64,000 nt of DNA, from contig CAVRZA010000002.1 of the NCBI GenBank assembly GCA_963725665.1, positions 160,001 through 224,000 of the forward strand, written 5' to 3'. Shown here one piece after another: positions 8,245 through 17,824 of this stretch. The DNA comes from an uncultured Actinomycetes bacterium (GTDB taxonomy: Bacteria; Actinomycetota; Thermoleophilia; UBA2241). The notes below the pieces were generated by a model that saw nothing but the letters and a program-made list of their open reading frames with translations, was not told the DNA's origin and searched no databases. Numbering within the stretch: the stretch's first letter is position 1; every line of letters starts with the position of its first letter. Position numbers and translations under genes: made by a program.

Positions 8245-9282
8245 ATGAACGGGACGTTCGCAGACAGGATGAGGAGAGGGTTCACCCTCAAGAACGCAGG
8301 CATCGTCGGCGCTGTGCTGGCTATGGTCATGATGGTGCTGTTGGCGGCCGGTGTCCCGGCGTCGCACGCCGCAGCCGCGGGCCAGAAGCCTCCCACCGTG
8401 GTGAAGGTCGGTCAGGATGTCCTGATCCCGGCCGGCGACGTCGTCGGCGGGGTGTTCGCCGTCGGTGGCAACGTGACGATCAACGGCACAGTCGACGATA
8501 CCGTGGTTGCTGTGGGCGGTGACGTGACGGTCAACGGCACGGTGAACAAGGCGGTCGTGTCGGTGGGCGGCGACGTGACGGCCGCCTCTACTGCGAGCAT
8601 CGGCTCGGGCATGAAGCCGGACGACACGGCGATCGTCGCCGTGGGCGGCGCGACGCACGTCGAGTCGGGCGCCGGCGTCACCGGCAAGATCACCAAGGTC
8701 AACGGCCTGAGCTGGAGCGGTGTGGGCAGCGCCTTTGCGCATCACGGTCCCTGGACGTGGAATCTCAGTCCAGCCGGCATCGCCGGCAGCATAGGCGGGT
8801 TCATCTTCCTCATCGTCGCGGCCGTCATCGTCGCGGCGGCCCTGCCGAAGCAGATGGCCGCCGTCAAGGAGCAGTTGAACGAACGCTTCTTCCCGTCTCT
8901 CGGGTGGGGAGCCCTGACGGCCTTCGTGATCGTCCCTGTGATCGTGCTCATCCTGGTCATCTCGATCATCGGCATCATCCCGTTGATCTTCGTCGTCGCG
9001 CCGGCGCTGTTCCTCTTCGGGAGCTTCGCGGTGGTCTGCGTCGGTCGCGCTATCGGCGACCGCGTCATGGCTCAGTCGGGCAGTCGTGACAACGTGATGC
9101 TGGTCACCGTCATCGGCGTCGTGATCCTCGGCGTCGCGGGTCTGATCCCGGTCGCCGGCGGCATCATCATGGCGGTCGCCGGTGTGGTGGGTCTGGGCGC
9201 GACGCTGCTCGCCATCAGCAAGGCGCAGCGCGAGCGCCGCGAGCGCACCGCAGCCGGCAGCTCGACGCCGCAGACGGCCTGA
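8245..9282 (+). CDS. Membrane protein with a beta-helix (polymer-forming/bactofilin-like) N-terminal domain
   Basis: Own SD AAGGAGGAG and ATG; signal-like N-terminus; repeated VAVGGDVTVNGTV units followed by several TM helices. Confidence 0.75.
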   Translation: MNGTFADRMRRGFTLKNAGIVGAVLAMVMMVLLAAGVPASHAAAAGQKPPTVVKVGQDVLIPAGDVVGGVFAVGGNVTINGTVDDTVVAVGGDVTVNGTVNKAVVSVGGDVTAASTASIGSGMKPDDTAIVAVGGATHVESGAGVTGKITKVNGLSWSGVGSAFAHHGPWTWNLSPAGIAGSIGGFIFLIVAAVIVAAALPKQMAAVKEQLNERFFPSLGWGALTAFVIVPVIVLILVISIIGIIPLIFVVAPALFLFGSFAVVCVGRAIGDRVMAQSGSRDNVMLVTVIGVVILGVAGLIPVAGGIIMAVAGVVGLGATLLAISKAQRERRERTAAGSSTPQTA

Positions 9283-9303
9283 GAGAGACCTGATCGGTCA
9301 CCG

Positions 9304-9349
9304 ACGGGGGCGGGCGGCGAGGCCGGAAGGCCTCGCCGCCCGCCCCCGT
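9304..9349 (+). terminator. GC-rich hairpin, 21-bp stem with GGAA loop
   Basis: Perfect inverted repeat 22 nt after the stop at 9282. Confidence 0.75.
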
Positions 9350-9585
9350 TGCGTCTCGTGCGCGGGCGGGCCGGCCCGCCCGCGTCGTCATTGCGCCCGC
9401 GCCCGCCCGCGCCCCGCGCGCCCGCCGAGTCGATCCAACCGGTCCCGAACGGCCAGACCACCCGCCCGGGTGGTCTGCCCTCTGGGGGCAGAGACCCCCT
9501 CCCCCCTGAGTGGGCCAGCGCCTCATCCCCGAGGGTGACGAGGGCCGGTCGCATGCCACGAAACGTGCTCCAAACCCGCTCCGAT

Positions 9586-9654
9586 TTCCTCCCCCAGTTG
9601 ACCCCCAAGTTCCCCCGGCGGGGCGATTCGCGCCGGCTCGTGAGCCCGTAGGCT
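9586..9654 (+). promoter_or_regulatory. NarL-like operator block plus TAGGCT -10 of the MMPL gene
   Basis: TTCC..AG.TGA..CAAGTTCCCCC..CGGG.CGA aligns with 7137-7176; same 43-nt offset to the -10. Confidence 0.55.
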
Positions 9655-9704
9655 TCGCTCATCGCAATCATCCCGCCGTGAAGACAACGACTGGGGGTCA
9701 CGAA

Positions 9705-12120
9705 ATGACAAGGAGCCGAGGGACACGCAGGGATCGTGGAGCGGGCCTCACCGAGCGCCTCGCACGAACGAGCGCTACGCACCCGTGGCGCACCATCGGC
9801 GTCTGGGCGGCGCTCATCGTCCTGGCCGTTCTCGCCGTCGGCTCGCTGCTCGGCAGCGGGCTGACTTCGGAGAGCAAGTTCCGCGGCAGCGAGCCCGGCA
9901 GCGTCACCGCCGACCGTCTCATCGAGGAGCGCCTCAGCGGCCCGCACAAGGTCACCGACTTCGTCATCGTCAGGTCGGCGAACCTCACCGTGGACGATGC
10001 CGCCTTTAAGTCCTACGTGCAGGACGTCACGGCGCAAGATCGAGGCCCTCGGCAGCGAACGTCGTTGAGGCCACCTCCACCTACTACGCCACCAACAATC
10101 CCGGCCTGCTCTCCAAGGACAAGCACGCCACGCTCATCCCCGTGGTCATGGCGGGCAACATGGACGACGGCGCTCAAGAACGTCGATAAGCTGCACGAGA
10201 CGGCGATGGCCGCCCAGGGCGAGGGCTTCACCATCGCCCAGACCGGCGAGGCCAGCCTCAACGAGATGTTCACCGAGCTGGCCGAGAAGGACCTGATGCG
10301 CGGCGAGATCTTCGGCATCCCCGCCGCCCTGATCGTGCTCGCTTATCGTGTTCGGCGCCGTGCTCGCCGCCACCATGCCGGTCGTGCTGAGCATCATCAG
10401 CATCGTCCTCGCCCTGGCCCTCACCGCCCTCATCGGCCAGCTCTACCCGATGAACACCTTCGTGCTCAACATGCTCACCATGATGGGCCTCGCGGTGGGC
10501 ATCGACTACACCCTGTTCGTCATCTCCCGCTACCGCGAGGAACGCGCCCGCGGTCTTGAGAAGATCGAGGCCATCGCCGCCACCGGGGCCACCGCCAACC
10601 GGGCCATCTTCTTCAGCGGCATGACCGTGGTCCTTGCCATGATCGGCATGGTCATCGTGCCCATCGACATCATGATCGGCATGGGCGTCGGCGTCATGCT
10701 CGTCGTCTTTACCACGCTGCTCACCGCCCTCATCGCGCTGCCCGCCGTCATGAGCGTGCTGGGTGACCGCGTCAACGCCCTGCGGGTGCCCCTGATCGGC
10801 CGCTACGCGAGCAAGCGCATGAACGGCCACGAGGGCGTCTGGGAGCGGCTGGCGCACAGCATCATGCGCCGGCCCGTCGTCTGGCTCGCCGTCGCCGTGA
10901 CTGGTGCTGCTCGCCTGCGCCGCGCCGGTCTTCGTGATGAACACGGGCAGCACCCACCCAGAGCGCCGCCCACCTGCCCGACGGCCACTACGCCAAGCAG
11001 GGCTGGGACATGCTCGATTCTGACTTCTCCCTCGGCCAGGCCAACCCGCTGCAGATCGTCATCGACGGTCCCGCGACCTCGACCGCGGTCGAGCAGAGCA
11101 TCGCTTCGCTGAAGCAGGCGATGAAGAAGGACGGCCGCTTCGCACCCGTCCAGGCCACCGTCAACAAGGCCGGTGACCTGACGCTGCTGACCACCGCGCT
11201 GGCCGGCGACCCCGTGGCCGACTCCACACAGGCGCTCGTCAAGCACCTGCGCAGCGACATGATCCCCGCGGCGTTCGCCGGCAGCTCCCGCCCAGGTGTA
11301 CGTCACCGGCACCACGGCGGGAGTGGTCGACTACCTCGGCTTCTTCGACACCTGGCTGCCGATCGTGCTGCTGGTGGTCCTCTCGCTGAGCTTCGTGCTC
11401 CTGCTGGTGGCCTTCCGCTCGATCGTCATCCCGGCGCAGGCGATCGCCATGAACCTGCTCAGCGTGGGTGCCTCCTACGGCCTGCTGGTGCTGGTCTTCC
11501 AGAAGGGCGTCGGTGCCAAGCTTCTGGGCCTCACGCAGGTGGAGAGCATCGAGGCCTGGGTGCCGCTCATGCTCTTCGCCCTGCTCTTCGGCCTCTCCAT
11601 GGACTACCAGGTCTTCCTGCTCAGCCGCATCAAGGAGCGCTTCGACCACAGCGGTGACACGCGCGAGGCCGTGGGCTACGGCGTCGGGCGCACCGCCGGC
11701 ATCATCACCGGCGCCGCCGTCATCATGGTCTGCGTCTTCGGCGGCATGGCGACCGGCGAGCTGGTCGTGTTCCAGCAGATGGGCTTCGGCCTTGCCATCG
11801 CGGTCTTCATCGACGCCACCGTGGTGCGCACGATCATCGTGCCCAGCGCCATGGAGCTGCTGGGCGACTGGAACTGGTACCTGCCGCGCTGGCTGGAGTG
11901 GCTGCCGAACGTGAGCGTCGAGGGCCACGTGCCCGCCGGCCAGCCCGCCCTTCCGGAGCCCGTCGTCTCCGGCGTCGAGTCGATCCCCGCGACGCCGGCG
12001 GCCGTCCCCGCGCCGGCCGGTGCGTACGGGTTCCATCATCTGGCCGGTCGCTCGCGGGCCGCAATGGACCCTGCCCGTAGCAGGGACGAGGCACGCAGGG
12101 ACTCGCACACGATGAGCTAG
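9705..12120 (+). CDS. MMPL-family (RND) transporter, broken by about 6 frameshifts
   Basis: HPWRTIGVW, GLAVGIDYTLFVISRYREE, LFGLSMDYQVFLLSRIKE, DATVVR, LGDWNWYLPRWL spread over successive ORFs. Confidence 0.9.
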
Positions 12121-12148
12121 CCGCGAGGAGTCACCCCCGCTCCTCTCT

Positions 12149-12186
12149 GGGGCGGCGGGCCGCCGATGAGGCGGCCCGCCGCCTTT
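12149..12186 (+). terminator. GC-rich hairpin after the MMPL gene
   Basis: GGCGGCGGGCCGCC-gatga-GGCGGCCCGCCGCC followed by TTT. Confidence 0.7.
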
Positions 12187-12412
12187 GCCTTGCGGCGACG
12201 CGGTGCTTGGAGGTGAGCGCATCGTCTTGCGCTCGCTTGATCCGCGCGGTGGCCGGACCGGCCGCGTGTCCGGCCTCGGTTCGCGCCGCTCCCGTGCTCC
12301 CTTTGCGTATCGCCCGGTTTGGCCCCGGGAACACTCAATCGTGCCCGAGAGGACCATCGGCTCGGCGCGCCCGCGATGGGCGCCCGCCGAGCCGTCGCCA
12401 GGAGGAGGACAG

Positions 12413-12898
12413 ATGGCCGGACCGAAAGCCGAAGCAACGTTCGCCGCGGGATGCTTCTGGGGCGTCGAGGCGCGGTTCAGGTGCCTGCCCGGTGTGACCG
12501 ACGTGGAAGTCGGGTACGCGGGCGGGAGCACGCCGGAGCCGACCTACCGCGAAGTGTGCACGGGGCGCACCGGGCACGCCGAGTCCGTGCGTGTCGTCTA
12601 CGACCCGCAGCGCATCAGCTACCAGCAGCTCCTGGAGGCGTTCTGGGGCATGCACGACCCGACGACGCCGAACCGTCAGGGCCCCGACGTCGGCAGCCAG
12701 TACCGCTCTGTGATCTTCTATCACTCACGGGAGCAGGAGGATGCAGCGCTCGCCTCGCGTGGGGCGCTCGAAAGGGACGGGGCGTACAAAGGGCGGCACA
12801 TCGTGACCGAGATCGTGCCCGCCGGGCGTTTCTGGCGCGCCGAGGAGTACCACCAGCGCTACTTCGAGAAGCAGGGGCGCGCAGCCTGCCGCACATGA
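12413..12898 (+). CDS. msrA: Peptide methionine (S)-sulfoxide reductase
   Basis: [28 protein letters not shown]; SD GGAGGAGG. Confidence 0.97.
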   Translation: MAGPKAEATFAAGCFWGVEARFRCLPGVTDVEVGYAGGSTPEPTYREVCTGRTGHAESVRVVYDPQRISYQQLLEAFWGMHDPTTPNRQGPDVGSQYRSVIFYHSREQEDAALASRGALERDGAYKGRHIVTEIVPAGRFWRAEEYHQRYFEKQGRAACRT

Positions 12899-13052
12899 GG
12901 CGACGCGAGCCCCGGCGGGGCAAGCAGGCTCACGGCGGCGCCTGTCCGGCCTTGGGGCGGAGTACGCTGCGAGTCGGCGAGCGGGGGCCCGGGGTCGAGC
13001 GGGGCCCTCGGACTGCCCCAGAGTCGACAATCATCACCTTGGAGAGGACGTC

Positions 13053-14096
13053 ATGGCACACGACCACAGGCAAGACCACGAGCGCGGCATCGAGGTGGAC
13101 GGTCTCACGCGCGACTTCGCCGACCTGCGCGCGGTCGATGAGGTCGACCTGAGCATCCCATCGGGCGAGATCTTCGGCTTCCTCGGCCCCAACGGCGCCG
13201 GCAAGACGACCCTCGTCAAGATGCTTGCGACCATCCTCGCGCCGACCGCCGGCAAGGCGAGCGTCGCCGGCTACGACGTGAGCCGGCAGCAGGGCCAGGT
13301 GCGGCGGACGATCGGCGTGGCGCTCCAGGAGGTGGGCCTCGACCCCCTGATGACGTCGCGCGAGCTGCTGGTCATGCAGGCGCAGCTCTTCGGCTTGCCG
13401 ACCGGCGAGGCGCAGACGATCGCGGAGCGCCTGCTGGCGACGGTCGGCCTCGACGACGTCGACCCCAAGAAGCGGGTCGGTGGCTACTCGGGGGGCATGA
13501 AGCGCCGCCTCGACTTGGCGCTGGCGCTGGCGCACGATCCTTTGGTCCTCTTCCTCGACGAGCCGACGACCGGTCTCGATCCGGCCAGCCGCATGGCGAT
13601 CTGGGAGGAGGTGCGCCGTCTCAACGAAGACCAGGGCATGACCATCTTCCTGACCACGCAGTATCTCGAGGAGGCCGACAAGCTTGCTGACCGCGTGGCC
13701 ATCATCGATCACGGCAAGATCGTGGCCCTGGGGACCCCCGACGAGCTCAAGCGCGGCCTTGGTCAGGAGGTCGTAGAGCTGGCCTTCGAGGAGGCGAGCG
13801 TGGCCGGGCGCGCCGCCGACGCGCTGGCCGAAGTCGCTCCGCAGTGTCGCCTCTCCGACAACGGCGTGCGTTGTTACTTCCCCCAGGCCGCGCACGAGCT
13901 GCCGCAGATCGTGCGTGCACTCGATCAGGCCGAGGTGCCGCTGCGTGGCCTCACGATCAACCAGCCGACCCTCGACGACGTCTTCCTGCGGGCGACGGGG
14001 GAGACCATGGCGTACGCCGCTCTCGACGCCGAGAAAGAACCCGCGGAGGACACCCCCGGCGACACGGACACGCGGCCTGAGGAGGTGCTTCGATGA
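13053..14096 (+). CDS. ABC-2 exporter ATP-binding subunit (DrrA-like)
   Basis: GPNGAGKTT, YSGGMKRR, LFLDEPTTGLD, TTQYLEEAD. Confidence 0.95.
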   Translation: MAHDHRQDHERGIEVDGLTRDFADLRAVDEVDLSIPSGEIFGFLGPNGAGKTTLVKMLATILAPTAGKASVAGYDVSRQQGQVRRTIGVALQEVGLDPLMTSRELLVMQAQLFGLPTGEAQTIAERLLATVGLDDVDPKKRVGGYSGGMKRRLDLALALAHDPLVLFLDEPTTGLDPASRMAIWEEVRRLNEDQGMTIFLTTQYLEEADKLADRVAIIDHGKIVALGTPDELKRGLGQEVVELAFEEASVAGRAADALAEVAPQCRLSDNGVRCYFPQAAHELPQIVRALDQAEVPLRGLTINQPTLDDVFLRATGETMAYAALDAEKEPAEDTPGDTDTRPEEVLR

Positions 14097-14854
14097 ACGA
14101 CTTCTTCGTGCTCATCAAGCGCTCGCTCCTGGGCTACCTGCGCCAGCCGGCGGCCATCATCCCGAGCTTCGCCATCAGCGTGTTCTTTCTCTTCGTCTAC
14201 AACGCCGGCCTTGGCTCGGTCGCCGAGCTGCCCGGCTTCAACGGCAGCTACCTGGCGTTCATCATCCCCGTGTCGATCGCCTCGGCGGCCATCAGCGGCG
14301 CCGGTCTCGCCGGTCAGGCGCTGATCCGCGACATCGAGTCGGGCTACTTCACCAAGCTGCTGCTCACACCGACGCGGCGCCTGGCCCTCATCTGGGGGCC
14401 GATGGTGGCCGGCGCCGTCATCCTGGTGGTGCAGGTCCTGGCGATCATGGCGCTGGGCCTGATCATGGGCCTGCGCTCGGCGACGGGGGTCGCCGGCCTG
14501 GTCCTGGTGATCGTCTACGCCTTTCTCTGGGGCATGGCGTTCGCCGGTTTCACCGTGTTCTTCGCCCTGCGTACCAAGAACTCCGCGGCAGCCCAGGCGG
14601 CGACCTTCGCCTTCTTCCCGCTGATCTTCCTCTCCACGACCTTCGTGCCCATGGAGTACATCAGCGCCGGGTGGCTCAAGGTCGCGGCGTACATCAATCC
14701 CACGACCTACGTGTTCGCCGCCATGCGGTCGCTGCTCAACGACGGCTGGCGGGCGGGCCCCTTGCTCGTGGGCCTCGCCGTCGTGGCCGGCTTCGCCAGC
14801 ATCACCGGCGGGCTGGCCCTCTACCAGGCGCGCAAGGCCACGCAGACGACGTGA
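14093..14854 (+). CDS. ABC-2 exporter permease
   Basis: Six TM segments, NPTTY motif, ATGA overlap with the ATPase. Confidence 0.92.
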   Translation: MNDFFVLIKRSLLGYLRQPAAIIPSFAISVFFLFVYNAGLGSVAELPGFNGSYLAFIIPVSIASAAISGAGLAGQALIRDIESGYFTKLLLTPTRRLALIWGPMVAGAVILVVQVLAIMALGLIMGLRSATGVAGLVLVIVYAFLWGMAFAGFTVFFALRTKNSAAAQAATFAFFPLIFLSTTFVPMEYISAGWLKVAAYINPTTYVFAAMRSLLNDGWRAGPLLVGLAVVAGFASITGGLALYQARKATQTT

Positions 14855-14866
14855 GTTGAGGAAGGA

Positions 14867-14902
14867 GGCGGGCGGGGCGGCAAGCTTGCCGCCCCGCCCG
14901 CC
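14867..14902 (+). terminator. 36-bp perfect GC-rich palindrome
   Basis: GGCGGGCGGGGCGGCAAG|CTTGCCGCCCCGCCCGCC, 12 nt after the stop. Confidence 0.75.
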
Positions 14903-15074
14903 CGGCCCTGGCAGCTGTAGCACAAGGCCCGTGTTCCCTTGTGTTCGCGGCCCGGCTCGCCGCCCCCTTACCTGACGCGCCGCGCTGACTGCCCCGCCGA
15001 ACGGCGTAGAATGGGCGCGTCTCACCGGGCCGGCGCGCGCTCGCCCGGACAGCTCGTGAAGGGGGTCAGGGGGA

Positions 15075-16745
15075 ATGAGGAGACACCACTGGGGCTTGGT
15101 CACGTCCATCCTCGTCGTCGTGGTCGTGGCGCTGGCTGTCGTCGGCATCGGTTGCGGCAGCTCGGGCGGCGGCGGAGGGACCGGCACCGCGACCAATCCG
15201 TCGCCGACGGGCTCGCCGCAGTACGGCGGCATGCTCAGCATCGCCTTTCAGACGGAGCCGACGACGATCGATCCGGCCATCGCCTGGGACCTCACCGGGA
15301 CGACCATCGAGCAGTCGGTCTTCAACACGCTGCTCGCCTACGCGCCGGCTCCGGGCATGGCCGGCACGAAGCTGATCCCGAGCCTGGCGACCGAGGTGCC
15401 GCAGCCCACCAACGGCGGCAAGACGTACGTCTTCCACCTGCGCCAAGGCGTCATGTTCCAGCCGCCGGTGAGCCGCGAGATGACGGCCGACGACGTGAAA
15501 TACAGCTTCGAGCGCATGATGAAGCTGCCCCGGGCTCCGGCGACCTACTTCTACGTGGGCGTGAAAGGCGCGCCGGCATACCAGGCCGGCAAGGCAAAGG
15601 AGATCACAGGCGTCAAGGTCCTCGACAAGTACACCGTCGAGTTCGATCTGAGCTATCCCGACCCCGCCTTCCTGAACGCCTACACGATGTGGTTCGGCTA
15701 CGTCGTGGCCAAGGAGTGGGTGCAGAAGTGGGGCGACCGCGCCGTCGCCCGTCATCCCCTGGGCACGGGCCCGTTCATCTTCGTCCACTGGACACCGGGC
15801 CGCGAGGTCGTCCTGAAGAAGAACCCCAACTACTGGGACAAGGGCAAGCCGTACCTCGACGAGCTCAAGTTCGTCTTCTCGCTCACGCCGAGCACCGCGC
15901 TGCTGAAGCTGGAACGCGGTGAGATCGACGTGCTCGGCGACAACATCCCGCCGGCCGACATCCCCAGGGTGCTCAGCGACCCGCAGTGGAAGGGCCAGGT
16001 GCAGACGCAGAAGTTCATCGCCGGCGTCTACTTCTTCATGAACCAGCAGTTCAAGCCCTTCGACAACGTCAAGGTGCGTCAGGCGCTGAGCTGGGCCATC
16101 AATCGCGAGAAGCTGTGCAAGCTGCAGAGCGGCCAGGCTACCCCGCTCTGGCAGTTCTTCCCCGAGGGGATGCCGGGCTCAGAGCCGGGCAAGAAGTACT
16201 ATGGCTACGATCCCGCCAAGGCCAAGCAGCTCCTCGCTGAAGCGGGGTACCCGAACGGCTTCAAGACTCAGCTCTACTCTCACAACGTCGACCCGTTCCC
16301 GAAGATCATCCAGTCCGTCCAGAACGACCTGGCGCAGATCGGTGTCACGGCGTCGGTGAAGGTGCTCGACCGCGACACCTTCTACACGGTCTCGGAGACG
16401 CCTCACAAGACGGCGGCGGGTACGGCGGAGTGGTACATGGACTTCCCCGACCCGTCCGACTACGTGATCCCCCTGGCCAGCAAGAGCAACGCCCAGGAGG
16501 GCGGCATCAACTCGGCCTACTGGTGGGACCCGCAGATCGAGAAGATGATCATCGATGCCCGCTCGCTCACCGGGCAGCCGCGGTACGACGCCTACACCAA
16601 GATGGCGCAGATCATCATGGACAACGCCCCCTACGTGACGCTCTACCAGCCGCTCATGACGACGATGTGCTCGAAGAACACGGGCGGCTTCTACCTGAGC
16701 TACATCTACTGGTTCGATACGGCCAACTACTGGCGCATCCAGTAG
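15075..16745 (+). CDS. Family 5 (Opp/Dpp) ABC substrate-binding lipoprotein
   Basis: Lipobox GIGCG, YGGMLSI, MTADDVKYSFER, PLGTGPF, KVRQALSWAINRE, YDPAKAKQLLAEAGY. Confidence 0.95.
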   Translation: MRRHHWGLVTSILVVVVVALAVVGIGCGSSGGGGGTGTATNPSPTGSPQYGGMLSIAFQTEPTTIDPAIAWDLTGTTIEQSVFNTLLAYAPAPGMAGTKLIPSLATEVPQPTNGGKTYVFHLRQGVMFQPPVSREMTADDVKYSFERMMKLPRAPATYFYVGVKGAPAYQAGKAKEITGVKVLDKYTVEFDLSYPDPAFLNAYTMWFGYVVAKEWVQKWGDRAVARHPLGTGPFIFVHWTPGREVVLKKNPNYWDKGKPYLDELKFVFSLTPSTALLKLERGEIDVLGDNIPPADIPRVLSDPQWKGQVQTQKFIAGVYFFMNQQFKPFDNVKVRQALSWAINREKLCKLQSGQATPLWQFFPEGMPGSEPGKKYYGYDPAKAKQLLAEAGYPNGFKTQLYSHNVDPFPKIIQSVQNDLAQIGVTASVKVLDRDTFYTVSETPHKTAAGTAEWYMDFPDPSDYVIPLASKSNAQEGGINSAYWWDPQIEKMIIDARSLTGQPRYDAYTKMAQIIMDNAPYVTLYQPLMTTMCSKNTGGFYLSYIYWFDTANYWRIQ

Positions 16746-16761
16746 CAGGATGAGATAGGTG

Positions 16762-16811
16762 GCGGCGAGGGCGGGCGGGCCGCCGGCAGGCGGCCCGCCC
16801 GCCCTCGCCGC
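16762..16811. terminator. GC-rich hairpin, 23-bp stem, between convergent genes
   Basis: Perfect inverted repeat with a GGCA loop. Confidence 0.75.
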
Positions 16812-16873
16812 GCGCGCCCCTCCAGTGCGTGCTGGCGGGAGGTTACATGCCCCGGTCGGCCGCCACGGGACTC

Positions 16874-17698
16874 TCAGGCCGCGGCTGCGATGCCCCTTTG
16901 CTCGGCGTCGGCGGCGAGCTGCGTCACGAAACGCTCGATCGTGGCGCTCAACAGCTCCGGCGCGGCGAACATTGGCAGATGACCTCGCTCGGTGATGCGC
17001 TCGACGTCGTACCAGGGGTGCAGGTCGGCGAACGCGTGCAACATGTCGAGGTCGTCGTCATCGGCAGCTCCGGCGGCGAGGTGCAGGACGGGCGGCGGCT
17101 CGATCGCGGCCAGCGCCTGCAGCGGGCTGCGCCCGCCGGCGTAGCTGGCCGCGATCGCACGCGCCGCCCGCGACCACAGGTCGTGCCCGCGGAAACGCAT
17201 CTCGCCCATGATACGCCGCAAACGTCGGTCACTGAGTCCGTCGAACCATTCCTCGATCATCGCGTCGAGGGTCCGTCGCCACCGCATCGCGTCGCTCAGC
17301 GCGCGCAGCTGCGCCAGGAGGCGGGGGTGCGCGGGGAACACCTGCCAGTCGATGAGGACCATCCCGGCGATACGCTCGCTCAAACGCCGGCGCAGCTCGA
17401 TCGCCGGCCACCCGGCCTGACCGTGCGCGACCAGGACCACCCTGCCGACCCCGCTGGCAGCCATCACTGCCTCGGCGTCGTCGGCAAGCTCGCGGTGTCC
17501 GAAGTCGGCGGAAGCCCGTCCCGACTCACCGTGTCCGCGCCAGTCGAGCGAAAGGACCCGGCGGCGACGCGCCGCCAGGTCAAGGACGGGCGCAAAGACG
17601 CGCCGCGGCATGCCCCAGTCGGGCAGCAGCATGAGAGCCGGCTCGCCGGCCCCGTGGCGTTCGTAGGCGATCAGAGTGTTGCTCGAGAAGGTCAGCAT
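16874..17698 (-). CDS. Alpha/beta-hydrolase-fold protein, HOD/QDO dioxygenase-like
   Basis: LLPDW, DWRGHG, ADFG, HGQAGW, LIDW, GSP-like RSPLQ, HPWY, GHLP match the HOD motif order; start uncertain. Confidence 0.75.
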   Translation of the reverse strand: MLTFSSNTLIAYERHGAGEPALMLLPDWGMPRRVFAPVLDLAARRRRVLSLDWRGHGESGRASADFGHRELADDAEAVMAASGVGRVVLVAHGQAGWPAIELRRRLSERIAGMVLIDWQVFPAHPRLLAQLRALSDAMRWRRTLDAMIEEWFDGLSDRRLRRIMGEMRFRGHDLWSRAARAIAASYAGGRSPLQALAAIEPPPVLHLAAGAADDDDLDMLHAFADLHPWYDVERITERGHLPMFAAPELLSATIERFVTQLAADAEQRGIAAAA

Positions 17699-17824
17699 GT
17701 GCGGACGCGATCGACAGTTGCCCGCTTCATTCCCCCGCCGCGACACATGAAAGCGTGGGGCCACCAGCGACGCGGCCCCGCGGAGGGGAGCCTCCACGCT
17801 CGCCGACGGCGACGAGCGCGCCTG

